In this document: piece after piece, positions 50,406-60,012 of the stretch
How positions within the stretch are numbered: the stretch's first letter is position 1
Layout: each line of letters begins with the position of its first letter
Source of the DNA: Candidatus Udaeobacter sp.
Lineage (GTDB): Bacteria; Patescibacteriota; Patescibacteriia; Magasanikbacterales; GWA2-37-8
Direction of reading: 5' to 3'
DNA length: 64,000 nt
Assembly: GCA_035473115.1 (NCBI GenBank)
Contig: DATION010000002.1
Coordinates: 169,374 to 233,373 of the forward strand
The notes under the pieces: generated by a model
What the model saw: the letters and a program-made list of their open reading frames with translations, nothing else
What the model was told of the DNA's origin: nothing
Databases searched by the model: none
Made by a program: the position numbers and the translations under genes

Positions 50406-50702
50406 GACCCGATATAACTTATAGGGCCACACTATATAATGACACTTAAAGAAGTTCGAGTCTGAAGCTAGCCAAATTGGCAGCTATTTATTAAAGAAAA
50501 GTTAGTATAGCAGAGAAAATGGGTATTGTCAAGCTGGTGTTGACAAGAAAAGCTTGTTGCAATATAGTAATCTGTTAAGATTAATACTGGACGCTCTTTT
50601 AAAAATGGTCTCTTTGCTAGCACAGCTTTGTTCATAAAAACGGATAAAGCCGTACTAGCAAAGACAATCTTGATACGAACAACACAAAGAGGAGATATAC
50701 CA

Positions 50703-51209
50703 GTGAATAATGCCAGGGTTGATACAAGGAATATCCCAGATGTTTTTCGAGCTATTGCCAGACGATTTCCGGCCATCCCGGTATCAACTGCCGCAGGACT
50801 GGAGAAACTCGAGATACAGCGTGTAAACGGAGCAACAGTCATCACCACAATGCAAATAACCATTTCCCATGGAAGCAGACTGCTCTGCGCTGTATATAGC
50901 GCTCACTTTTTCCAAGGCGATCAGCCGTTCTTTACTCTAACAAGCCACGGCAAGTCGCACTTGCAAGGAAGAAATGCAGACAAGCAAGTCTGGGCCGCGA
51001 GAGTAAGGAATGACGCACTTTTACAGGTGAAAAACAATCATCATGACAGATTTTCACTTGAACATCTCGTAACTCACATCGTCCCCGTATTCGGAGAGCG
51101 GGAATTCTACGAAACAATCGCCGACGAATCAACTGCGAAAGCAATTCGCCAACAAGTACGGCAAGCTGGACAGGCCAAAAGCTCCGAAGCACAAGCTACG
51201 GCATCCTGA
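50703..51209 (+). CDS. Orphan hypothetical protein (SD-led class)
   Basis: AGAGGAG SD before GTG at 50703; TTGACA-17-TATAGT promoter at 50540-50568; long 5' hairpin. Confidence 0.65.
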   Translation: MNNARVDTRNIPDVFRAIARRFPAIPVSTAAGLEKLEIQRVNGATVITTMQITISHGSRLLCAVYSAHFFQGDQPFFTLTSHGKSHLQGRNADKQVWAARVRNDALLQVKNNHHDRFSLEHLVTHIVPVFGEREFYETIADESTAKAIRQQVRQAGQAKSSEAQATAS

Positions 51210-51285
51210 TCACAGCACCTCCACGGCAATGTGGAGTCAACAACCCAACCCAAGCAGCCTGAGAGCGATTGCCCGTTCTCTCCCC

Positions 51286-51345
51286 GCCTCTATCGATGAC
51301 TTCGATACTGATGAGTCCAAGATAATTTTGTTAAGGACGAAAGGT
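51286..51345 (+). ncRNA. Type III hammerhead ribozyme
   Basis: GCCU-C|UAUCGA-UGACU-UCGAUA-CUGAUGA-GUCC...GGAC-GAAA-GGU; complete catalytic core with three stems. Confidence 0.85.
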
Positions 51346-51347
51346 AA

Positions 51348-51387
51348 AAAAATAGCCCCACTTCTCGCGAGAGGTGGGGCTATTTTT
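51348..51387. terminator. Bidirectional intrinsic terminator
   Basis: AAAAATAGCCCCACTTCT-CGCG-AGAGGTGGGGCTATTTTT. Confidence 0.8.
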
Positions 51388-51398
51388 ATTTTAAGTAA

Positions 51399-51653
51399 TT
51401 AGGAAAGGTGTTTGGAAACAAGTTTAGTCATTTCAAACATGTTTACTGTTGCCTTACCGCCAAATACTACTTTTAAAGCAGCATCAGCGTTGATATTGCG
51501 CTTATTTTTTTGATCTTGAAGATTTTTACCCTTGATGTAAGCCCATAATTTTTTTACCACTTCAGAACGTGGCATAGGACCTGGACCGACGACAGCGGCT
51601 AATTCGGCGCTGACGTTCATCGGCTTCATAAACGCGGAGTTTGCTTTTGGCAT
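51399..51653 (-). CDS. Stand-alone SWIB/MDM2 domain protein
   Basis: SAELAAVVG, RSEVVKKLWAYIK, NLQD, MFEMTKLVSKHL motifs. Confidence 0.92.
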   Translation of the reverse strand: MPKANSAFMKPMNVSAELAAVVGPGPMPRSEVVKKLWAYIKGKNLQDQKNKRNINADAALKVVFGGKATVNMFEMTKLVSKHLS

Positions 51654-51663
51654 AACTTGTTTT

Positions 51664-51698
51664 ATTTAGCGAAATCATGTCCTGATTAAACTAGGACG
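51664..51698 (-). repeat. Family B element, intergenic copy in the SWIB 5' UTR
   Basis: ATTTAGCGAAATCATG followed by a different stem GTCCT/AGGAC. Confidence 0.65.
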
Positions 51699-51767
51699 CT
51701 GACTTCTATTAGTAAATATAGTAATTTAAGTATAGCAGCTATTCTAGAATAGCGCAACTGACCAAGC

Positions 51768-52367
51768 TTAAGGCCTTACTTTTTTAAAGGCTTCACGCTG
51801 ACCCACACGGTTCATCCAAGCAGTAATATTTGGATAGGCAGACATATCATAATTAATAAAACTTGCCATTTCCATTATAGACATAACTGTAATATCTGCC
51901 AAAGTAAACTTATCCAATGCCACATATTCTTTATCAGACAAATGACTCTCTAAAATTGGTAAATAGTGGGGTAAATCCTTTTCTCGTGCAATTTTGGTAG
52001 CTTCCGACTCAGGTAAATTGCTAAATTTTTGTATTACTAATGGGTAAAATGATGGCTGCAGATGAGAGATTGACCATACTATCCATTGATTAACTTCGGC
52101 GTGCTGCTGTAAAGTTTCTCCGACCAAATTAGTGGCTTTATATTTTTCAATTAAATAATAATTGATGGCTAAAGATTCCCACAAAACAAAACCATCATCT
52201 ACTATGACCGGCACTTTGCCATTTGGATTCATCTTTAAAAATTCCGGACTTTGGCTGTCTCCTTTGGAAAAATCAAAAGGCATCACTTCGTAAGGAACAC
52301 CAAGTTCCTCTAATAACCAATAACAACGCAAGGCTGATGATGCTTTAGGGCCGTAGATCTGGATCAT
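51768..52367 (-). CDS. Glutathione S-transferase family protein
   Basis: NPNGKVP, LWESLAINYYL, FTLADI motifs. Confidence 0.93.
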   Translation of the reverse strand: MIQIYGPKASSALRCYWLLEELGVPYEVMPFDFSKGDSQSPEFLKMNPNGKVPVIVDDGFVLWESLAINYYLIEKYKATNLVGETLQQHAEVNQWIVWSISHLQPSFYPLVIQKFSNLPESEATKIAREKDLPHYLPILESHLSDKEYVALDKFTLADITVMSIMEMASFINYDMSAYPNITAWMNRVGQREAFKKVRP

Positions 52368-52389
52368 ACAATTAAAATTAATTATTAAA

Positions 52390-53151
52390 CTATTTAATTA
52401 CAATGTTGCGTTTAGCAACCAGTTGCATAATAGTAAAAAATATAACAGAAAATCCAAAAATGACTAACAGTGAAACTAGCGGATTTAAATCAGAGTAGCC
52501 GGTAAAAGAATAACGGAAAAAATTAATATTATGATGAATAGGATTGAAAAGACTGATGGCGTTCCATGGTTTTGGCAAAGTAGCCACCGGATAAAAAACT
52601 CCGGCCAAAAAAATCATCGGCTGCATTACAAACACATTCATAAATGTTAGAGCTTCAAAATTCTTTGCCCAAAAACCAAACGCCACGCCCAACATGCCAA
52701 ACTCCAGCCCGGTCATAAATAATCCGATAAGAAAATATAAAGGATGCGCCGGGAAACCTAAACCGGGAATAAACCAAACGGTAGCAAACAAAGCTATTAA
52801 AAGTGTTACTACGCCGCGGGTAAAAGCAGCCAGAGAATAAGCAATGCCGATTCGCCAGACCGGAATTGGTACCAGTTGTAAATCGATAATATTACCAACA
52901 TTTTTGGCAATCACCAAAGCAAAGGACGGATTGGAAAAACTATTGTTGACTACCAACATCGCCAAAAGACCGGTGTAAACAAAAGTTAAATACGGCAAGC
53001 TGCCGATTGTTCGGCCGGAAGTGACAATGCCAAACACTCCCAAATATAAAGCAACTGAAACTATCGGATTAAATACAGTATCGATCCAAATTTTCTGAAA
53101 ACGTTTTACTTCTCGGGCGTATAAAGCCCACATGTTTGTTTGCATACTCAA
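52390..53151 (-). CDS. ABC-2 type permease (YadH-like)
   Basis: REVKRF, FLAGVFYP, NPIHH motifs; six TMs. Confidence 0.88.
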   Translation of the reverse strand: MSMQTNMWALYAREVKRFQKIWIDTVFNPIVSVALYLGVFGIVTSGRTIGSLPYLTFVYTGLLAMLVVNNSFSNPSFALVIAKNVGNIIDLQLVPIPVWRIGIAYSLAAFTRGVVTLLIALFATVWFIPGLGFPAHPLYFLIGLFMTGLEFGMLGVAFGFWAKNFEALTFMNVFVMQPMIFLAGVFYPVATLPKPWNAISLFNPIHHNINFFRYSFTGYSDLNPLVSLLVIFGFSVIFFTIMQLVAKRNIVIK

Positions 53152-53161
53152 AATAAAGAGG

Positions 53162-54070
53162 TTAAGAACCGTTATTAGTTAATTTCAAAAAGATGTGTTC
53201 CAAAGAAGCAGCTTCGGAACGAATTGATTTTAAGTTTTTATTATAATGATTGGTAAGCTTAGCCATATCAGAAGCTAAATCGGTGGTAATTGGAAATTCA
53301 TACTCCACACCAACTTCTGAAACTCCGGCTAGCGGAGCTGCGGAGCGATCAAACAATTCAAAGTGAATGCTATTTTTGGAAAATTCCTGCTGAATATCTT
53401 TTAATTTTCCACTTTTAATAACCTGTCCGTGATCGATAAGAGTAATTGAATCGCAAAGTTGTTCGGCTTCTTCTAAATAATGAGTGGTAAAAACAATCGT
53501 TGTGCCTTCTTCGTTTAGGCGGCGTACCAAACTCCAAATTTTTTGCCGCAAACTAACATCTACTCCGGCGCTCGGTTCATCTAAAATTAAAAGTTTTGGT
53601 TTATGCAAAATAGCTTTGGCGATCATTAAACGGCGCTTCATACCTCCGGAAAGGCTGCGCGCTTTTTCATGAACTTTATCTGCTAAACCCAGATCATCTA
53701 ACACAGCTTTTATGCGTGATTTTCTTTCCTGTCTGGGTACGCCATACATGCCGCTAAAATAATATAGAACTTCTTCAACAGTAAAAGCCATTTCCATCAC
53801 AATTTCTTGCGGCACAACACCAATAAGCTGTTTGGTTTTATTTGTCTCTTTGGCTACATTTAAACCAAAAACTTCAATATTGCCGCCAGTAGGCAGCAAA
53901 ATTCCACTGATCATATTTATGAGAGTGGACTTCCCTGCTCCGTTTGGACCAAGCAAACCAAAAATTTTGCCCGGCTCTATAGACAAAGAAACATTATCTA
54001 CCGCCTTAAAATCTTGGCCTTTGGAATTTTTAAAAATTTTACTGACATTATTTACTTGCAAAGGTAACAT
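53162..54070 (-). CDS. ABC transporter ATP-binding protein (YadG-like)
   Basis: GPNGAGKS, LSGGMKRR, ILDEP, TTHY motifs; start at MLPLQV. Confidence 0.92.
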   Translation of the reverse strand: MLPLQVNNVSKIFKNSKGQDFKAVDNVSLSIEPGKIFGLLGPNGAGKSTLINMISGILLPTGGNIEVFGLNVAKETNKTKQLIGVVPQEIVMEMAFTVEEVLYYFSGMYGVPRQERKSRIKAVLDDLGLADKVHEKARSLSGGMKRRLMIAKAILHKPKLLILDEPSAGVDVSLRQKIWSLVRRLNEEGTTIVFTTHYLEEAEQLCDSITLIDHGQVIKSGKLKDIQQEFSKNSIHFELFDRSAAPLAGVSEVGVEYEFPITTDLASDMAKLTNHYNKNLKSIRSEAASLEHIFLKLTNNGS

Positions 54071-54213
54071 AGAAAAATATTTTATATAGATTTCAATTAT
54101 ATATGAAAAAATAAAACTTAACAAGTGTTTAAAAAAAACAAAACCGGACACGTTGTCCGGGGTTGACTCTCTTTTTTTGGAGAGTCGCTGTGTCGCTCTT
54201 GGCGACTAAGGTA

Positions 54214-54984
54214 CTACTGATCGATGGCTGTGCCGAATTCCTGCTGCGGCTCTGCAGACACTAGCCGAGCACTGGTGCCCGGAAAGTTTGGGTCACAGCT
54301 GGTCGACCCATTATCGCAGAGATCCCGCACATCGGCGGCTGTCATCAGCAGTGTGTGATGGGACAAACTCATCAGACCGGGCGTATCTGGAGGAAATCCG
54401 GAAAAATCTTCGTCCAGGTGAACTGCGCCGCCCGTGTGACAGAGTTCATGTCCTACCACATCGGCAACAGCAGAACCAAAATAAGTCCAGGCACAACTCG
54501 ATCCCACCGGACAAGAAGGAGCGATGGGGAAAAAGATAAATATGTTCTTATCCCCCTCTGCATTGTAATACCCTAGAGTTCGCTCGCCGCCTAGCTTGGC
54601 CATCTTGTAAGCGAACATATCCCGTCCCGCTTGGGTTGGGTATTCCTTGTCCGTGGGTATCCAGAAAACACACCTACCTTTTACCTGTTTGCTTTCCTTT
54701 GTTCCATAGAAAGCATCGGGTAGAATACCGGCAAGCCGGAAAAGTGGTTGTTGACCTTTCCTATTCCTGACATTGGCGTCAATGTCTTTCAGAGCCAGCT
54801 TCACCTGATAGGCGAAGGCTTCTCCATCCAAATAGGTCCCAAAGGCTTTTCCTGGATCACCACAGATGTAGATATCAACAGTCTGGTCACGGCTCAACTC
54901 CTCCCAGGGAGGAATGTCCAGGACACACGCCTGGCCAAGCAAGGCGAAACAAACCACAATAACCACAAAAATCCAGTTCTTCAT
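54214..54984 (-). CDS. Orphan lipoprotein metzincin metalloprotease (SD-led class)
   Basis: AGGAGG SD; LLGQA-C lipobox; HELCHTGGAVH zinc motif and GLMS Met-turn; TTGACA-17-TATAAG promoter. Confidence 0.75.
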   Translation of the reverse strand: MKNWIFVVIVVCFALLGQACVLDIPPWEELSRDQTVDIYICGDPGKAFGTYLDGEAFAYQVKLALKDIDANVRNRKGQQPLFRLAGILPDAFYGTKESKQVKGRCVFWIPTDKEYPTQAGRDMFAYKMAKLGGERTLGYYNAEGDKNIFIFFPIAPSCPVGSSCAWTYFGSAVADVVGHELCHTGGAVHLDEDFSGFPPDTPGLMSLSHHTLLMTAADVRDLCDNGSTSCDPNFPGTSARLVSAEPQQEFGTAIDQ

Positions 54985-55149
54985 TTTGGCCTCCTAAGCC
55001 TTTGTTAAGGCTTTGATGTTTTTATCAATGAACACTACTGCTCTACTTATACCACAAAATAAGGCTTTTGTCAAGCCTTATTTGCATTATTTTGGCTAAT
55101 CTAAAGCCAAAAAATGATCAGTTCAAAAAACTTAAGCTACTTTCCAAAG

Positions 55150-56940
55150 TTATTCTAGGATAATACGCACGCCACCAAAATCCTGGTAGTCAAATTCATG
55201 AGTTTCATGAATTGAACCAATAAAAACTTTACTAGGAGAAATATTATTCTGCTCCGTAAACTCACGGACTGTTTCCGGACCAAACTTTTTATCAATATGA
55301 TTACAATTAATATTCATATGTGGGAATACTCCGCTTTTTTTGAAGACACGAACGCTTTCCAGAACATCATCGCATAAATTAACTTGATCCTTATCTTGGC
55401 AGTGAACAAAAGTTACATTTTTACCGTTTTCATTGCGATTTATATATTCCAAAGCGGGGAAAATATTGCTCATATCATGGAGAAAAACATAATAATGAGA
55501 CTCGGTAATTAAATCTATCCGACCATTAATATACTGCTTTAATTTGGGAATAAAACCAACAATATGACCTACAGTAAGTAAGAAATCTCGCTTAAACAAC
55601 ATGGTCATCACAATTAAAATTGCCGGAATAAAGTAGATCAAAAAATACATAACATTTTGATGATCTACTTGGATATTGCCTATAATACCAACAATGGTTG
55701 ACAAAGCTGCTAAAATAACAACTATTACCGGAGCGCGATAAGGACGTTTAAGTTCACGGCGAGTACGACGTAAAATTAAATTACCGACAGCAAAAAGAGT
55801 CATTACGCTAAGGAAGCTGATGGTATAGACACCGGCCAGCGAAAGTAAATCACCGCGCGTTACTAATAAAATAGAAAGACACAAAGCAAAGAAAAGCAGA
55901 ATGATTCTAGTATAGGAACCTTTATTATTTTTTTTGCTAAAAAACTGCGGTAAGATATGATCCAAACTCATACGATACATTAAACCTGACACGCCAACAT
56001 AACTTGTTAACACCGCTCCGCAAAGCACCAAAAACGCATCAATCGCTATTAAGCCAAGCAAAATCATTCCACCAAATTTAAAGGCCACGGAAGCCAAAAG
56101 AAAATCTTTGCCATTAATAATTTCTACCATTGGCAAAACCAGCAAACAAACTGCTGCAATAAGCGGATTGAATACTGTTACCCCAGCCGTCATATTGCGC
56201 AAGGTTTTTTTAAAGACACCCGGCTGTTGCTCTTCAACAAAATTGGCCGAACTCTCAAAACCGGAGATTCCAAGCAGCGATACGGAAAAAGCCAAAAAAA
56301 TTGTGTTTAACAAGCCTCCGTTGTTTGCCACAATATCTTTGGTAACAGCAATGTTATGTAAAATAATACTATTGCCTCCTTTAGTAATCCAAAAAATAAC
56401 GCCGATGATAATAAATAGAGTGAGAGTAACGAGGTGTAAACTAAAAATTCCGGCTACTACTTTGGCCGAATCCTTTACTCCGGCAATAACCAAAAGCGCA
56501 AACGCAAATAATATAACTATAGTAAAAGGAACAACTAATTCACGAAATGTTTCAGCCGATACTTGTAAGTGCATGGTTTCAAATAACGGACGAATAAATT
56601 GAAATAAATATTCAATAGCAGTTTTGGCAGAAATAACTGCGGTGGCAATATAAGACAAAACTGTCATAGTGCCGGCAACCGAAGCCACACCTTTACTGGC
56701 CGAGTTAAGCAAAGCATTATAGGCGCCGCCATTGACCGGCAAAGCTTCGACTACTTCGCGATATACGGAACGATACAAAAGTAATACTACCCCAACACAA
56801 AGTAAAACAATCGGCGCATAGATACCGGCAAAAAGAGCCGCAATGCCGGAAACATAGAGCGCTGAACTTAAAATATCATTGCCACAGATAGCGGTAGCAA
56901 AAAATTGTCCGAGTTTGGTATGCTTATGTTCGTTAGACAT
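55150..56940 (-). CDS. APC-family amino acid permease with C-terminal soluble domain
   Basis: ICGNDILSS, NGGAY, SGFESSAN motifs; about 12 TMs. Confidence 0.88.
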   Translation of the reverse strand: MSNEHKHTKLGQFFATAICGNDILSSALYVSGIAALFAGIYAPIVLLCVGVVLLLYRSVYREVVEALPVNGGAYNALLNSASKGVASVAGTMTVLSYIATAVISAKTAIEYLFQFIRPLFETMHLQVSAETFRELVVPFTIVILFAFALLVIAGVKDSAKVVAGIFSLHLVTLTLFIIIGVIFWITKGGNSIILHNIAVTKDIVANNGGLLNTIFLAFSVSLLGISGFESSANFVEEQQPGVFKKTLRNMTAGVTVFNPLIAAVCLLVLPMVEIINGKDFLLASVAFKFGGMILLGLIAIDAFLVLCGAVLTSYVGVSGLMYRMSLDHILPQFFSKKNNKGSYTRIILLFFALCLSILLVTRGDLLSLAGVYTISFLSVMTLFAVGNLILRRTRRELKRPYRAPVIVVILAALSTIVGIIGNIQVDHQNVMYFLIYFIPAILIVMTMLFKRDFLLTVGHIVGFIPKLKQYINGRIDLITESHYYVFLHDMSNIFPALEYINRNENGKNVTFVHCQDKDQVNLCDDVLESVRVFKKSGVFPHMNINCNHIDKKFGPETVREFTEQNNISPSKVFIGSIHETHEFDYQDFGGVRIILE

Positions 56941-57101
56941 ATAATTAAAATTAATTAGATGTTATGTAAGGTTTAACAAGTGAAGATTATAGCACCATTA
57001 TTAAATGTTGGCAATACTTTTTTATTATAGACAAATGCGAACTTAATTTTGGGTATATTTTACAACTTATTTCTGCTACACTATACTTATTAAATAATTA
57101 A

Positions 57102-57248
57102 TCTCTTGGGTGGCGTGAGATTCGCCAATCGGAAGTATAGCCTTCGACTACACCTCGTTGTAGATGACCATGTGAAACTCATGGGCCGACCGTATAGTCG
57201 GGACTTTGGCGAAAGCCAGAGTATCGCGCAAGCGATAGAAAGAAGAGA
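57102..57248 (+). promoter_or_regulatory. FMN riboswitch-like aptamer with two inserted GNRA hairpins
   Basis: T-loops TGAGA and TGAAA, two GTATAG loops, CGG/CCG pseudoknot, P1 TCTCTT/AAGAGA; upstream of an EamA transporter. Confidence 0.8.
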
Positions 57249-57253
57249 ACAAT

Positions 57254-58171
57254 ATGAAACACGTATATCGTGGCTCTATTGCTGTTGTAGTAGCAGCAAT
57301 ACTATGGAGCTTAGACGGACTACTGCGCCGGCAACTTTATAATTTACCGTCTAGCGTTGTGGTGTTTTGGGAACACCTGCTTGGCTTAATAATTCTAGCA
57401 CCGATATTTTTTGCCACATTTAAAAAATATAAAACCTTTACCCGCAAACAGTGGCTATCCATAATTTTGGTTTCGGCATTATCGGGCGCACTCGGCACCT
57501 ACTTTTACACTTCCGCTCTGGGCCATGTTCAGTATATTCCCTACTCTGTTGTCGTTCTATTGCAACAATTACAGCCAATATTTGCGATACTGGCAGCGGC
57601 ATTTTTATTACGCGAACAGATTGGCAAACGATTTGTTTTCTATACCGTCATCGCTCTGGTGGCCGCATATTTTGTTTCTTTCCCTGACTTGCAAGTTCAT
57701 TGGCAGACCGGTAAAGGCACAGCTATTGCCGCTTTACTGGCAGTGGGAGCAGCTATCTGCTGGGGAAGCTCTACAGCTTTTTCCAAATATACTCTGCGCG
57801 ATACATCATTTTTGCAGACAACCACAGCCCGTTTTGCTTTCACGCCAATTTTTGCCTTGATCCTTACTTTTATTCTTGGCCGCAGCAGCAGCTTGGGAGC
57901 GATAACCATTATGCAATGGAAAAATCTACTAGCCATTACTTTTTCTACCGGCATGGTGGCTTTAGCAATTTATTATTATGGACTGCAAAAAATTCTTGCT
58001 TCCCGATCAACGATCTTGGAATTAACTTGGCCAATCTCGGCAGTAGTAATTGGGTTTTTTGTTCTGCACGAAAAACTTAGCCCAACGCAAATAGTTGGCA
58101 GTATTGTTTTACTTGGTGCTATGTATGGCGTGGTGCAGGAAACAAAAATATTGCCCACAAATGAATTGTAA
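57254..58171 (+). CDS. DMT/EamA transporter, probable riboflavin importer (RibN-like role)
   Basis: Two EamA repeats with about 10 TMs; FMN-like riboswitch upstream. Confidence 0.85.
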   Translation: MKHVYRGSIAVVVAAILWSLDGLLRRQLYNLPSSVVVFWEHLLGLIILAPIFFATFKKYKTFTRKQWLSIILVSALSGALGTYFYTSALGHVQYIPYSVVVLLQQLQPIFAILAAAFLLREQIGKRFVFYTVIALVAAYFVSFPDLQVHWQTGKGTAIAALLAVGAAICWGSSTAFSKYTLRDTSFLQTTTARFAFTPIFALILTFILGRSSSLGAITIMQWKNLLAITFSTGMVALAIYYYGLQKILASRSTILELTWPISAVVIGFFVLHEKLSPTQIVGSIVLLGAMYGVVQETKILPTNEL

Positions 58172-58193
58172 GGCAATATTTTATTACGAAAAC

Positions 58194-58757
58194 TTACTTT
58201 TGTTTTTTCGTATTCTTTGCTGCAACCAGCTTGGCTCGCGGATCTTTAAAGTTATTACCAAGTTCTTTCCAAGGAAATAATGGCCAAGAAGTAATAATAC
58301 GGCCGCGATAATCGGGCTTGAACTGTGACCACGGCTGTTGATATAAAACAGCGTATTTTACCTGTCGAGGATTTTTTGTTTGTAAGTATTTACTAACTAA
58401 TTTTAAGGTTTCACCGGATACGGTCATTTCATCAACTACCAAAACCTTTAAACCTTTTAAACTTCGCTTGATCCGCTGCGAAAGTACAGGCCGGCTGCGT
58501 AAATCCTGAGAACTGTCTTTTGATTGTGTTTTGGAGAAATCAGCTTTTATTACATACAGCTGCTTATTGCTCAGACAATAAGAAATCATAGCTGCCGGGA
58601 TAAGACCGGAACGAGCCAAAGAAATAATAACATCCGGCTTAAAATTACTCTTAGCCATCGCATGCACAATATACAAAGTATCTCGCTCTACATCTTGCCA
58701 AGTTATTTTTATTTCGCCTTTATTTTTTTTATAAAATTTCTGAGCACCAGATGGCAT
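58194..58757 (-). CDS. Type I phosphoribosyltransferase
   Basis: LARSGLIPA, VLVVDEMTVSGET PRPP loop, FPW. Confidence 0.9.
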   Translation of the reverse strand: MPSGAQKFYKKNKGEIKITWQDVERDTLYIVHAMAKSNFKPDVIISLARSGLIPAAMISYCLSNKQLYVIKADFSKTQSKDSSQDLRSRPVLSQRIKRSLKGLKVLVVDEMTVSGETLKLVSKYLQTKNPRQVKYAVLYQQPWSQFKPDYRGRIITSWPLFPWKELGNNFKDPRAKLVAAKNTKKQK

Positions 58758-58829
58758 AAAGTTTCGTGATGAAATAACAATTGCCGTAGTTTACTATGGT
58801 TTTTTTAGGTGGTCAAATTAAATTAATCG

Positions 58830-58991
58830 CTAACTCAGAAATCTGACTGCCAGCCAGATACCGAGTATGCCGCCGACAAAAGCGCCGAGGATTGTAAGTA
58901 GTGAAAAAGAATCAGCGCCAAACCAAGTTGGCGCGTAGGCTCCGATCGTGCTTCCAACTATCATACCAAGACTGACCAATCTTTTATCCAT
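58830..58991 (-). CDS. 53-aa Gly-rich two-TM membrane protein
   Basis: MDKRLVSLGMIVGSTIGAYAP...GGILGIWLAVRFLS; -10 box just upstream. Confidence 0.6.
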   Translation of the reverse strand: MDKRLVSLGMIVGSTIGAYAPTWFGADSFSLLTILGAFVGGILGIWLAVRFLS

Positions 58992-59009
58992 AATAAGCTG
59001 ATTATAAAC

Positions 59010-59231
59010 TTAATTTATCTTTTTTCCCCAGTGTATTTTGTTCCAGATACGCTCGTGAAAAAAATACAATATTGTGCTAGAAAAATTAGAAAGAATCATT
59101 AAACCAAAAGTAATATCATAGCGCCGAGTAACTGTAAAAATTATTACAAAATCAGAAATTAAAATAATACAGCGAAACGTAAGAGCTTTAACGATAGAAC
59201 GGGAATTATGCTCAAAAAAAGCCATAAACAA
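59010..59231 (-). CDS. DUF2061-like small membrane protein
   Basis: RSIVKALTFR, YFFHERIWNKIHWG motifs. Confidence 0.85.
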   Translation of the reverse strand: MFMAFFEHNSRSIVKALTFRCIILISDFVIIFTVTRRYDITFGLMILSNFSSTILYFFHERIWNKIHWGKKIN

Positions 59232-59263
59232 ATTTAGTTTAAAGATTAGAAAAATGAATTATA

Positions 59264-59779
59264 TCATTTTTTTGGAGCAGTCTCGCCAATAGCTTCATCT
59301 GCCAGGTCAGCATCGGCATCAGCTTTGGTAGCGTGAACGCGACCATCAATGTGATTAGGAGGAGAATAAACAGTATAAACCTTTAGATCTTCGGCGCCTG
59401 TATTCCAAAAGTTATGTTTAGTGCCCGGAACTACGACCACCACATCGCCGGGATTAATTGGAAATTTTTTATCATTAAGCATACCTTCCCCTTTTCCGGA
59501 AAGAAAAAATAATGTCTGTTCTGTATATTTGTGGATCTCTTCTCCAATCTCGCCGCCAGGCGGAATGCTCATAACTACCAACTGGCTATTTTTGCCGGTA
59601 AATAAAACACGGCGAAAATTTTTATTCTCTTGCGTGGCTTTAATAATATTCGTATAAAAACTGCTCGGAAGTTTTTCTTTAGAAATAATCGACAAAGGCT
59701 TTACTGGAATTTTTATATACAACAAATATACCAAACTAATAAATACCGAGCCTGCAAGAAAAATAAGCACATACCGCAT
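59264..59779 (-). CDS. Cupin domain protein with N-terminal TM
   Basis: FRRVLFTG, GEEIH, GTKHNFWNTG, YSPPNH motifs. Confidence 0.88.
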   Translation of the reverse strand: MRYVLIFLAGSVFISLVYLLYIKIPVKPLSIISKEKLPSSFYTNIIKATQENKNFRRVLFTGKNSQLVVMSIPPGGEIGEEIHKYTEQTLFFLSGKGEGMLNDKKFPINPGDVVVVVPGTKHNFWNTGAEDLKVYTVYSPPNHIDGRVHATKADADADLADEAIGETAPKK

Positions 59780-59928
59780 ACAGATCGGGGTTAATAAATA
59801 AACTATATAGCTATCATAGCACGTTTGTTAATTAACATAAACAAAAATTCACCAAATATAATTAACTAAACAAACTAACCTTGACAAAACTATATTTTTA
59901 CAGTATATTAATTTATTATTTTCCAATG

Positions 59929-59986
59929 TTTAAGACTCTTATTGACCCTTACCGAATCTAGTTTTCGGTAGTCAAAGGGGTCTTAA
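59929..59986 (+). promoter_or_regulatory. Structured 5' UTR motif, second copy
   Basis: Homologous to 28445-28504 with covarying pairs; follows TTGACA-17-TATATT promoter at 59881-59909. Confidence 0.65.
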
Positions 59987-60012
59987 CAAAACACATTACG
60001 GCGAGGATCATC

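Noticed and set aside
51399-51653. SWIB domain as a novel eukaryote-like gene
   Set aside because: Stand-alone bacterial SWIB proteins are already known, for example in Chlamydiae and Proteobacteria.
57106-57342. 78-aa ORF upstream of the EamA gene
   Set aside because: It overlaps the FMN-like aptamer and the EamA start; the RNA structure explains the sequence better.
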